A DNA stretch of 43,531 bases, from positions 1 to 43,531 of the forward strand of contig CAWBYW010000037.1 in NCBI GenBank assembly GCA_963792965.1. The letters are read 5' to 3'. The notes under the pieces were generated by a model. The model did not search any database. It saw nothing but the letters and a program-made list of their open reading frames with translations, and had not been told where the DNA came from. The position numbers and the translations under genes were made by a program. Origin of the DNA: an uncultured delta proteobacterium (GTDB taxonomy: Bacteria; Desulfobacterota; Zymogenia; Zymogenales; Zymogenaceae). Below, piece after piece: positions 29,770 to 38,318 of this stretch (the stretch's first letter is position 1; the number at the start of each line of letters is the position of its first letter).

Positions 29770-29861
29770 ATGGACTCATATTAATCCGATAGAAATGACC
29801 CAAGACAGGACTTAACCTCGTAGCCTTGACCCGTAGACTTCAGGAAAAATAGGCACAAATT

Positions 29862-30998
29862 ATGTACTTTCAGTTTCTTCCTTGGTGCCAAATTGATAGA
29901 GAATATCGAGTTGGGGATATAACCTTCTTACCGTTTACCTTTCACGCTGAAAATGATTACTTGGGTAAAAAGGAATTCAAACGAATTCAGAAGGTCTTGA
30001 AGTCATATAGATCAAATGATGATGGTAAACGGGTAAATGAAGCCGTAATTCTTAGATTTAAAGACTCTCCGATACTCTCAGACCTTTCAAAAGAAGCACT
30101 CGAAATATCTTATGAAATGAATCAAATCGCGTGCTTTTCCGCTTTATCGTCAAGGGACTTTTTTAAATATGGAGGTAACTATTGTTGTTCTGATAATTTT
30201 AGACTTGAAGTCAATTCATTTGAGGACATAAACTCAAACTATACTGCATTACAGACTAGGAGACGCGAAGGTACACACTACGATGGTCGATTAATGACTC
30301 GGATATATTTAACTAATCCAGAGAGCGTAAAGCTCAATAGAATAAAACTGGATGAAAAGCTCATTCGTTCTTTGGTGGAGTTTCGCTCAAGTGAGAATTT
30401 AGATGAATGGACTCACTTGAAAAACTCCATCTTATGTTACAACCAGGCAAATACCGATAACCCCTCAATATCTTATCAAGTGGAATGGATACTCCTTTGT
30501 AGTGCTATCGAGGAAATAATACAACACGGTTATAAAGCAAAAGAGGTTTCTTGGGAATTCCATGACCTGCTAATACCAGGGAAAAATGTGAATCTTTGTT
30601 TTTCAAGGAGGAAGAAAGAAATCTTAGGGATCTTCCAGCATGATAGTAGGAGCAGCGTTCGCCATATTTGGATAAAGGAGTTTATAAAAGCCAGGGGGAG
30701 TTATGCGCATGGTACGCTTGACGTTCGGCATAGGTTAGTATGGAAGCCCTTAGAACATCTAATACTAGCCTCAATAGCGTTTCCTTTAATCGCTAAAATA
30801 ATGCTACTAAAAAAAGGCCTTTATGAATTGTCAGAATATGACCTGAAGCAGATTAGTTGCTTCGAAGAATTCGCCGATGGTGATTTTCTATCCGATTTAA
30901 AATTATGGTCTAACCTGCTGAATTTTGAAGGATTGGAAATACTTCGAATCAAAATGGAGAAACTTTTTAGGGAAGGCTTATCGAAGAAGAAAAGATAA
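29862..30998 (+). CDS. AT-rich protein with C-terminal HEPN-like domain (ApeA-like candidate defence RNase)
   Basis: LLCSAIEEII helix followed by the RxxxxH motif RGSYAH; markedly AT-rich relative to the flanks. Confidence 0.72.
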   Translation: MYFQFLPWCQIDREYRVGDITFLPFTFHAENDYLGKKEFKRIQKVLKSYRSNDDGKRVNEAVILRFKDSPILSDLSKEALEISYEMNQIACFSALSSRDFFKYGGNYCCSDNFRLEVNSFEDINSNYTALQTRRREGTHYDGRLMTRIYLTNPESVKLNRIKLDEKLIRSLVEFRSSENLDEWTHLKNSILCYNQANTDNPSISYQVEWILLCSAIEEIIQHGYKAKEVSWEFHDLLIPGKNVNLCFSRRKKEILGIFQHDSRSSVRHIWIKEFIKARGSYAHGTLDVRHRLVWKPLEHLILASIAFPLIAKIMLLKKGLYELSEYDLKQISCFEEFADGDFLSDLKLWSNLLNFEGLEILRIKMEKLFREGLSKKKR

Positions 30999-31053
30999 CG
31001 CAGCATTAACACCTACAAGAATCACATTGTAAGCACCCGATTTCCCCCTCAGA

Positions 31054-31112
31054 TATACCGCCAAATTAAGTTTACTAAGTTTAGAACTTTTCAAATCTAA
31101 TTTGGCGATATA
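31054..31112. repeat. 59-bp imperfect palindrome, right att-like site
   Basis: TATAC-CGCCAAATTAAGTTTACTAAGTT-tag-AACTTTTCAAATCTAATTTGGCG-ATATA; 31059-31081 is the exact reverse complement of 29743-29765. Confidence 0.85.
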
Positions 31113-31126
31113 CGGTGACAGTCAGG

Positions 31127-31199
31127 GGATTGCCGCGCCCCTTCGGGGCTCGCAATGACAGAAGAAACGAAAAGACCCACCCGCTTGCTCGCAATGACG
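31127..31199 (-). repeat. Two GTCATTGCGAG-family repeats (inverted relative to the copy at 29629)
   Basis: ggattgccgcgccccttcggggctcgcaatgac (31127-31159) and gctcgcaatgacg (31187-31199), the latter a perfect inverse of 29629-29641. Confidence 0.75.
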
Positions 31200-31302
31200 T
31201 GGCTATTCCGGGGGAAAATATAGTCCGAAAAATGCGTTGACATCCGGGGTGAAAAATGATATTAAATATAAGAATATAAGCAGTATATAGAGGGATTATC
31301 TA

Positions 31303-31680
31303 ATGATCGGCATGATGAAATTCGTCACCAGTAGGAACGGCGCGAGCAGGATCAAGACGCTCATCACCCTGGCCATCATCGCCGCCGTTATCTATACCGC
31401 GATCAAGTTCATTCCCCCCTACGTCGATTACCTCAAGCTGACGAACGCCGCCTACGACACCATGAATTCCGTCGGCGACAAGGGTGATGACGTGATCATG
31501 CAGCGGTTTATGAGGATGGCAAAGGACGTCAAGCCGGACCTGGCACCGGAAGACGTCACGATTGAGCGGGGTGAATCGGGACCGGCGACGCTCCTGATCG
31601 ACTATTCGGTGACCGTCGTCCTGATCAAGGATAAACTCGAAAAGGTCCTCAATTTTCACATTGCGGAAAAAGCTTCGTAA
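31303..31680 (+). CDS. DUF4845-like membrane-anchored protein
   Basis: Pilin-like N-terminus (RNGASRIKTLITLAIIAAVIY), KFIPPYVDY and C-terminal IDYSVTV...LNF; this family is commonly adjacent to lepB. Confidence 0.68.
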   Translation: MIGMMKFVTSRNGASRIKTLITLAIIAAVIYTAIKFIPPYVDYLKLTNAAYDTMNSVGDKGDDVIMQRFMRMAKDVKPDLAPEDVTIERGESGPATLLIDYSVTVVLIKDKLEKVLNFHIAEKAS

Positions 31681-31715
31681 ACAGCGCCGCCCGCTTTTTT
31701 ACTCAGCGCACCGGG

Positions 31716-31741
31716 AGCCTCCCTTTGGGGAGGCTTTTTTT
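31716..31741 (+). terminator. Rho-independent terminator/possible attenuator immediately upstream of pyrR
   Basis: agcctccc-tttg-gggaggct followed by a T run, ending 12 bp before the pyrR ATG. Confidence 0.7.
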
Positions 31742-31752
31742 CAAGGAACGGT

Positions 31753-32304
31753 ATGGAAAAGACCGACACAAAAAGACTTCTGTTGACTCCCCAGGAGATC
31801 GACCGGATCATGAACCGTCTTGCCTCCGAGATCCTCGAAAAGCATCCCGACCTTTCCACGATGGTCCTCATCGGGATGCGGACCGGTGGGATCTATCTGG
31901 CCCGGATCATCCAGGAGAAGGTGAGGCAGAGCGAGGGGATCGAGCTCCCCATCGGGATCCTCGACATCACGCTCTACCGCGACGACATCACGACCACCAA
32001 CCAGCACCACTTCGTGCGTAAGACGGAGATCCCCTTTTCCCTCGCCGGAAAAGACGTCATCCTTGTGGACGACGTCCTCTATACGGGGAGGTCCACCCGC
32101 GCGGCGCTGGACGCGATGATGGATCATGGGAGGCCCAAGACGGTGAGGCTTTGCGTCCTCATCGACCGCGGGCAGCGGGAGCTCCCGGTCCGACCCGACT
32201 TCGTGGGAAAGGATGTAACGGTTCCGGCCGACCAGAGCGTCGAGGTCCTCTTCGACGATACGGGTAAGGTCCAAGGCGCCGTGGTCGAGAAACGAAAGGC
32301 TTAA
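31753..32304 (+). CDS. pyrR: Bifunctional pyr operon regulator/uracil phosphoribosyltransferase
   Basis: [32 protein letters not shown]; upstream of pyrB. Confidence 0.96.
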   Translation: MEKTDTKRLLLTPQEIDRIMNRLASEILEKHPDLSTMVLIGMRTGGIYLARIIQEKVRQSEGIELPIGILDITLYRDDITTTNQHHFVRKTEIPFSLAGKDVILVDDVLYTGRSTRAALDAMMDHGRPKTVRLCVLIDRGQRELPVRPDFVGKDVTVPADQSVEVLFDDTGKVQGAVVEKRKA

Positions 32305-32324
32305 AAAAGAGAAGGGGCACCGTC

Positions 32325-33299
32325 ATGTCCGATTCGCCTACCCCGGCAAAAAATGAGCTCGCCTGGGACAAGAAAGACCTCCTCGATATCAAGGGCCTCA
32401 GCAGGCAGGAGATCGAGCTGATCCTCGATACCGCCGAGTCTTTCAAGGAGATCTCCGAGCGGGATATCAAGAAAGTCCCGACGCTCAGAGGAAAGACCGT
32501 CATTACCCTCTTCTACGAGGCGAGCACCCGGACCAGAGTCTCGTTTGAGATCGCGGGCAAACGGCTCTCCGCGGACACCATCAACATATCGACCTCCACC
32601 TCGAGCGTTCAGAAGGGGGAAACCCTCATCGACATGGCCAAGAACCTCGAGGCGATGGCGCCCGACGCCATCGTCATGCGCCATAACGTTCCGGGGGCGC
32701 CCTACATCCTGGCCGACCGATTGAAATCCTCGATCATCAACGCGGGCGACGGCGCCCACGAGCACCCGACCCAGGCGCTGCTTGACGCCTTCACGATCCG
32801 GGAGAAGAAAAAGAGAATCGAGGGGCTTTCCGTCTCGATCATCGGCGACATCGCCCACAGCCGCGTCGCCCGCTCCAACATCTACTGCCTCACGAAGATG
32901 GGGGCCCGGGTAACGATCTCGGGACCTGCGACGATGCTGCCGAGGGAGGTAGAAAAACTCGGTGTGCGCGTTACCACCGATATCCGTGACGCGATTCGGG
33001 GAGCGGACGTCATCATGATGCTCAGGATCCAGCGAGAGCGGATGGGGAAGGTCCTCTTCCCATCCGTGAGGGATTACTCCCGTTTCTTCGGGCTCTCGCT
33101 GGACGTCATGAAGGGCGCCAAAGACGACGTCATCATCATGCACCCGGGGCCCATGAACCGCGGAGTCGAAATCAGCTCGGAGGTGGCCGACGGGCCCTAT
33201 TCGGTGATACTTGATCAGGTAACGAACGGCGTGGCCGTGCGCATGGCGATACTGTACCTGCTGCTCGGGAGAGGAGGCGGTTATGAAGGCGCTCATTGA
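32325..33299 (+). CDS. pyrB: Aspartate carbamoyltransferase catalytic subunit
   Basis: [40 protein letters not shown]. Confidence 0.97.
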   Translation: MSDSPTPAKNELAWDKKDLLDIKGLSRQEIELILDTAESFKEISERDIKKVPTLRGKTVITLFYEASTRTRVSFEIAGKRLSADTINISTSTSSVQKGETLIDMAKNLEAMAPDAIVMRHNVPGAPYILADRLKSSIINAGDGAHEHPTQALLDAFTIREKKKRIEGLSVSIIGDIAHSRVARSNIYCLTKMGARVTISGPATMLPREVEKLGVRVTTDIRDAIRGADVIMMLRIQRERMGKVLFPSVRDYSRFFGLSLDVMKGAKDDVIIMHPGPMNRGVEISSEVADGPYSVILDQVTNGVAVRMAILYLLLGRGGGYEGAH

Positions 33300-34572
33300 G
33301 GGAGGCACGATCATTGACCCGGCCGGCGGGCACGAGGGACCGGGAGACCTCGTGATAGAAGACGGCCTGATCCTCGGCATCGTAAAACCAGGCACGGGGC
33401 CGAAGGACGCCGAGGTCATAAACGCGCGGGGGCGCATCGTGTGTCCCGGTCTCGTTGACATACACACGCATCTTCGGGAGCCGGGTTACGAATACAAGGA
33501 AACGATCGCGAGCGGCACACGCGCGGCAGCGGCGGGCGGCGTCACCTCCGTCGCCTGCATGGCCAACACCAACCCGATCAATGACAACGGCTCGGTCACC
33601 GAGTCTATCGTCCAGCGCGCGCGCGCAGACGGCGTGGTGCGCGTCTATCCGATCGGGGCGGTGACGAAGGGTCAAAAAGGAGAGGTGCTGGCAGAGATCG
33701 GAGACATGAAGGAAGCCGGTGCGGTGGCGTTGTCGGACGACGGGTGCGTCGTGGCCAACTCCGACCTGATGCGGCGGGGCATGGAATACGCCAAGACCTT
33801 CGGGCTGCCCGTCATCACCCACTCGGAGGATATGACCCTCGTGGGAGAAGGGGTTATGAACGAGGGGTTCGTCTCCACGGAGCTGGGGCTGCCCGCGTCT
33901 CCTCCGGAGGCCGAGCAGATCATGATCTTTCGGGACGTGATGCTTGCCGCGCTCACGGGCGCGCGCCTTCACGTGGCACACGTGACGACGGCGGGGGGGG
34001 TCCGTATCATCCGGGAGGCCAAGCGGCGCGGCATCGCCGTGACGGCGGAGACCTGCCCCCATTATTTTACCCTCACCGATGACGCGGTGAGAAGCTTCGA
34101 CACCAACACCAAGGTCAACCCGCCGCTCAGGACCCAGTCGGATGTGGAGGCCGTCATCGAGGGGATCGCCGACGGCACCATCGATGCCATCGCCTCCGAC
34201 CACGCTCCCCACGTCGCCGACGACAAGGACGTCGAATACATCTATGCCAGGAGCGGGATGATCGGCCTTGAAACTCTGCTGATCCTCTCTCTTGTCCTCG
34301 TGCACCAAAAAAAGCTCACGATGAGTGCGCTGATAAAGAGCCTCACCAAATCTCCCGCCGGGGTCGTCGGGATCAACGCCGGCACGCTTGGGAAAGGAGC
34401 GCCGGCCGACGTGCTCATCTTTGACCCCGATGAGGAATGGGTCTACGATGTGTCCCACTCATTTTCCAGGAGCAGGAACACGCCCTTCTCGGGCAGAAAG
34501 ATGAAGGGGAGGGTCTCGCGCACTATCGTCGGGGGAAGGGTCGTCTTTTGTGAGGGGAAAATTGTCTCATAA
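33283..34572 (+). CDS. pyrC: Dihydroorotase
   Basis: [30 protein letters not shown]. Confidence 0.96.
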   Translation: MKALIEGGTIIDPAGGHEGPGDLVIEDGLILGIVKPGTGPKDAEVINARGRIVCPGLVDIHTHLREPGYEYKETIASGTRAAAAGGVTSVACMANTNPINDNGSVTESIVQRARADGVVRVYPIGAVTKGQKGEVLAEIGDMKEAGAVALSDDGCVVANSDLMRRGMEYAKTFGLPVITHSEDMTLVGEGVMNEGFVSTELGLPASPPEAEQIMIFRDVMLAALTGARLHVAHVTTAGGVRIIREAKRRGIAVTAETCPHYFTLTDDAVRSFDTNTKVNPPLRTQSDVEAVIEGIADGTIDAIASDHAPHVADDKDVEYIYARSGMIGLETLLILSLVLVHQKKLTMSALIKSLTKSPAGVVGINAGTLGKGAPADVLIFDPDEEWVYDVSHSFSRSRNTPFSGRKMKGRVSRTIVGGRVVFCEGKIVS

Positions 34573-36056
34573 GACGCGCATAATCGTCACGATAGTCTGC
34601 CTGTTTGCTCTCCTGTCTTGTGCAAGCGCCGTCGATTACGAGGGGCACTTCTCGGGATTCGTGAAGAACCGAACGCTTCTCGATGACTGGTATGGCGTCT
34701 ATTTTTCGGAGACGAAGGTGGGCTGGGAGCATATCGATGTGGCCGAAGGAACCCTCGACGGGAAAGACGTCATCCGGGTCGGCGACGACGGGGTCGTTCT
34801 CTATCGTATGGAGGACGAGAAGACCCCCATGAAGAACACCTTTTCAGGGGAAGTATTTCTCACCCCCGGCGATAGACTTCTCGGCTTCAGATACACCCAA
34901 GCTCTGCTCTCCCATGAGCTTGTTGTCGTCGGGGAGGCGAAGGGGGGGGTCGTCTACGTAGACATTACGTCCGGCGGCGGCACCCAGCGGATTAAGTTCA
35001 ACGAGTCGGAGAATATTATTCCTTCCTCGGCTCTGGCCTATCTAACCCTCAAAGAAAAAATCTCGCCCGGCAAGACCTACGCGTATCGGGTCTTTCTTGA
35101 GTCTCTTCGGCTGACCGAAGATATCAAGGTAACCGTTAAAGGCCAGGAGGATGTCATCGTAAACGGGAAGAAAGAAAAGGCCTATCGGGTGGAAGGCGCC
35201 ATCCGCGGATATACCGTCACGTCGTTTGTGCAGGCCGACGGGAGGGTCATCAAACAGATCACTATGGACAATTTTGTGGCGGTGCGCCAGCCCGAGCGAG
35301 AGGCGACCAACCTCGGCGCCGACTCGGGACTCACTCTTTTGGCCATTATCGATTTTTCTCTTATCAGGCCGAATCGGCCGATCGCGGATCCCGAGGGCCT
35401 CTCCTTTCTTAGCGTCAAGATAGAGAATATCCCCGCAGGTACTTTGCCGCTGCCGAGCGACTTTCAGCAGATCACGGGACCCGACCAGGAAAAGGTCTAC
35501 ACCTATACCATCACGAAGGCCGAACCCTCGAGTCTTTCCGTCCCCGCCTACGGGGGCTTTCCAAAAGAGGTGGCCAACTATCTTGAGCCCAGTCTCGAAA
35601 TAGAGAGCACACACAAAAAGATCACCGATGCGGCAAAGAAGATCATCGGGGAAAAAACGGACCCCCTGACGGACGCCAGGAAGATCACCACCTGGGTTTT
35701 TAAGAACGTAGCCAAGAAGATGGTTGATACGACCTCAGCCCTGGACACCCTTCGCTCGATGGAGGGGGAGTGCCAGGCACATGCACATCTGCTGGCAGCC
35801 CTTCTGAGGGCCGACGGCATACCGGCCAAGGTCGTCTCGGGAGTCGTCTATTCTCCGGATATCGGAGGGTTTCTCTATCACTCCTGGGATGAGGTCTATC
35901 TTGGCCGGTGGGTGCCGGTTGATGCCGCCTTCGGGCAATTTCCCGCGGACGTAACTCACATCAAGTTCAGCGAAGGCGGTCCGGAATCCGTCATCGACAC
36001 GATACCGCTGGTGGGATTGATCAAGATCGAGGTGGTGGAGACAAAGAAGGGACTAA
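34550..36056 (+). CDS. Transglutaminase-like domain lipoprotein (artefactually fused to pilR in the ORF track)
   Basis: Lipobox-like LLSC; Cys-His-Asp triad in EGECQAHA, YHSWDEV, WVPVD; removing one G from GGG at 36049-36051 gives ...ETKKD-TAA at 36054-36056. Confidence 0.75.
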
Positions 36057-36082
36057 CCGTGCCGGATAACGGACATATACCC

Positions 36083-37492
36083 ATGGAAGAACAGAACGCA
36101 CAAAGGCCCGCGCGTATTCTCATCGTAGACGATGAGACGAGCATGAGGAGCCTCTTTACGATCATGCTGACGAAAGAAGGCTACGAGGTAGATGAGGCGC
36201 AAGACGGCGAGGAAGCGGTCAAACTCCTCAAATCGAAGATATACAACCTCGTAGTCACCGATATTATAATGCCGGGGATGAGCGGCACCGAGCTCTTAAA
36301 GCGGGTCAAAGAGATCCATCCTGAAACGGTAGTCATCATGATTACGGCCTATGCTTCCACCGAAAGCGCCGTCGAGGCGATGAAGGAGGGGGCGTACGAT
36401 TACATAACAAAGCCTTTCAACGTGGAGGAAATCAAAGTCATCATCAGAAATGCGGTGGAGAGGGGGAGGCTCGAACGGGAAAATATTCTGCTCAAGCGTG
36501 AATTGAGGAAAGAATACAGCTTTGAGAATATCATAGGGTCTTCCACGTCGATGCTCAAGGTTTTCGATCTAATCGAGCGGGTCTCGCAGACCAAGACCAA
36601 TATCCTTATTACCGGAGAGTCCGGTACAGGGAAAGAGCTCGTTGCCCGCGCCATTCACAACAAAAGCCCCAGAAAACAGCGTCCTTTTGTCGTCATCAAC
36701 TGCGGGGGCATCCCGGAGAACCTGTTAGAGAGTGATCTCTTCGGCCATGTCAAGGGGTCCTTTACAGGTGCGATCACCCACAAGGAGGGTCTCTTTGAAG
36801 TTGCCGACACCGGGACTATTTTCCTGGACGAGGTCGCCGAGTTGACTCCGCCCATCCAGGTCAAACTCCTGCGAGCGATCCAAGAAAGAACCTTCAAGCG
36901 GGTAGGGGGCACCGATGACATCTCTGTGGACGTGCGGATCATCGCCGCCACAAACAAAGATCTCGAGGATGAAGTCATCGCGGGGAGGTTTCGTGAGGAC
37001 CTTTACTGGCGCCTGAAGGTGATTGAGATAAAACTACCTCCCCTTCGAGAGAGGAAGGAGGATATCCCGATCTTAGCCGAGCACTTTCTGAAGAAATATG
37101 CGGCGGAGCAGGGCAAGGAGATCAAGAAGATATCGACCTATGCGCTGGAGGTCCTTAAAGACTATTCCTTTCCCGGAAACGTCAGGGAGATGGAGAACAT
37201 CATCGAGCGGTCAGTTGCGCTGGAGCACTCCAATATCGTGCTCCCGGAAAACCTTGCCCTCTCGGTATATAAGTGGCACGACGCTCACCAACAGGGGAAT
37301 AAGGTTACGGACCTCCTCAGCGAAGGCTTCTCCATGGAGGAATATGTCGGGAGCTTGGAGAAGAAGTTGATTTCCGAGGCCCTCGTCAGATCCGGGGGAA
37401 AGAAGAAGGACGCGGCGCAACTGTTGGGCATCAGCTATTGGGTGCTGCTCAGAAAGATCGACAAATATGGAGTCGGGGGGGGGCACTCGTAA
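36083..37492 (+). CDS. pilR: Sigma54-dependent response regulator PilR (NtrC family)
   Basis: Receiver domain (ILIVDDE, TDIIMP), AAA+ GESGTGKE, GSFTGA, FLDEV, FREDL, Fis-type HTH; directly upstream of a sigma54 promoter and pilA. Confidence 0.88.
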   Translation: MEEQNAQRPARILIVDDETSMRSLFTIMLTKEGYEVDEAQDGEEAVKLLKSKIYNLVVTDIIMPGMSGTELLKRVKEIHPETVVIMITAYASTESAVEAMKEGAYDYITKPFNVEEIKVIIRNAVERGRLERENILLKRELRKEYSFENIIGSSTSMLKVFDLIERVSQTKTNILITGESGTGKELVARAIHNKSPRKQRPFVVINCGGIPENLLESDLFGHVKGSFTGAITHKEGLFEVADTGTIFLDEVAELTPPIQVKLLRAIQERTFKRVGGTDDISVDVRIIAATNKDLEDEVIAGRFREDLYWRLKVIEIKLPPLRERKEDIPILAEHFLKKYAAEQGKEIKKISTYALEVLKDYSFPGNVREMENIIERSVALEHSNIVLPENLALSVYKWHDAHQQGNKVTDLLSEGFSMEEYVGSLEKKLISEALVRSGGKKKDAAQLLGISYWVLLRKIDKYGVGGGHS

Positions 37493-37670
37493 GGGAAACA
37501 ACCCGTCGGCCTTGGGAAGAATTGCCTTTTCGCAAACCGATTTTTGTGCTTCTGCAAAAGGAGCGTGAAAAGAGAATAAGTCAAAAGAATTCTATTGACA
37601 CCCACTTCTTTTTATGTAATAAATACAGATGGGTTATGTAACGAACCGAATAGCGTTAACAACTCATAAT

Positions 37671-37686
37671 TGGCACTGGTATTGCA
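37671..37686 (+). promoter_or_regulatory. Sigma54 (-24/-12) promoter of pilA
   Basis: TGGCAC-tggta-TTGCA consensus, 43 bp upstream of the pilA ATG, followed by an AGGAGG RBS. Confidence 0.9.
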
Positions 37687-37728
37687 TTATAAAGCTTTGC
37701 GATATTTTAAAGGAAAGGAGGTGTATCT

Positions 37729-38229
37729 ATGATAAGCAAAATCAGAAGCAGAAAGGGTTTTACCCTCATCGAGTTGATGATCGTTGTTGCCATCATCGCA
37801 ATCCTGGCCGCCATCGCCATCCCGAACTTCCTGAAGTTCCAGGCCAAATCAAAGCAGTCCGAGGCCCGGACGATGTTGACCGGCGTGTACGAGGCGGAGA
37901 TGGGCTTCTTCTCGACCGAGAACTACTTCTCGTCCGTCGCAACTAAGATCGGGTTCGAGGCCGCATCGAAGCCCAAGTACTACATCGACCCGTCGCGGAC
38001 CGGCTGGATTGTCTGCCGCGTGGAGGGTCCACTTCACCGCCACGACCTCGGGCAACATCGACCGGGATGCCTTCAGGGATCAGTGGATCGAGACCGACCT
38101 GGCGCGCGAGCCGCAGAACTATGCCATCCCGGCGCAGGGGTCGCAGGTCGTTCGTATGGTCCCAGTGCTACCGACACACTGACCGGCGCCGTCCCGGCTC
38201 GGGAGACGACGTCTCCAATTAGTCGTTGA
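37729..38229 (+). CDS. pilA: Type IVa major pilin; C-terminal half disrupted by frameshift(s), true end uncertain (38182, 38222 or 38229)
   Basis: KG|FTLIELMIVVAIIAILAAIAIPNF prepilin motif; the pilin-like segment FTATTSGNIDRDAFRDQW is in another frame from ~38033, and GSGDDVSN-stop is in a third frame. Confidence 0.88.
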   Translation: MISKIRSRKGFTLIELMIVVAIIAILAAIAIPNFLKFQAKSKQSEARTMLTGVYEAEMGFFSTENYFSSVATKIGFEAASKPKYYIDPSRTGWIVCRVEGPLHRHDLGQHRPGCLQGSVDRDRPGARAAELCHPGAGVAGRSYGPSATDTLTGAVPARETTSPISR

Positions 38230-38262
38230 AGCATCATCGCTGTCGAGACTCTGAAAAGCTTC

Positions 38263-38294
38263 AGGCAGAATCTAAAAAATTCTGCCTTTTTTTT
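38263..38294 (+). terminator. Rho-independent terminator after pilA
   Basis: aggcagaat-ctaaaaa-attctgcct followed by a T run. Confidence 0.8.
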
Positions 38295-38318
38295 ATTTCC
38301 TGTGATATACATTATCCT

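Larger units (their letters stand above)
29713..31112. mobile_element. Putative single-gene cassette bounded by palindromic recombination-like sites
   Basis: Paired palindromes sharing the central direct repeat AGTTTAGAACTT, AT-rich cargo, and a position between lepB paralogs and the DUF4845-like gene. No recombinase in the window. Confidence 0.55.

Noticed and set aside
29763-29776. GCGTATAATGGACT resembles part of the phage N15 telRL protelomerase site (recalled from memory)
   Set aside because: The match lies at the edge of the palindrome rather than at its symmetry axis, includes a generic TATAAT, and no protelomerase gene is present; likely coincidence.
34550-37492. 980-aa transglutaminase-PilR fusion in the ORF track
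   Set aside because: An exported lipoprotein fused to a cytoplasmic DNA-binding activator with no TM linker is topologically implausible; a one-base deletion in GGG (36049-36051) restores a stop, matching the error pattern elsewhere.
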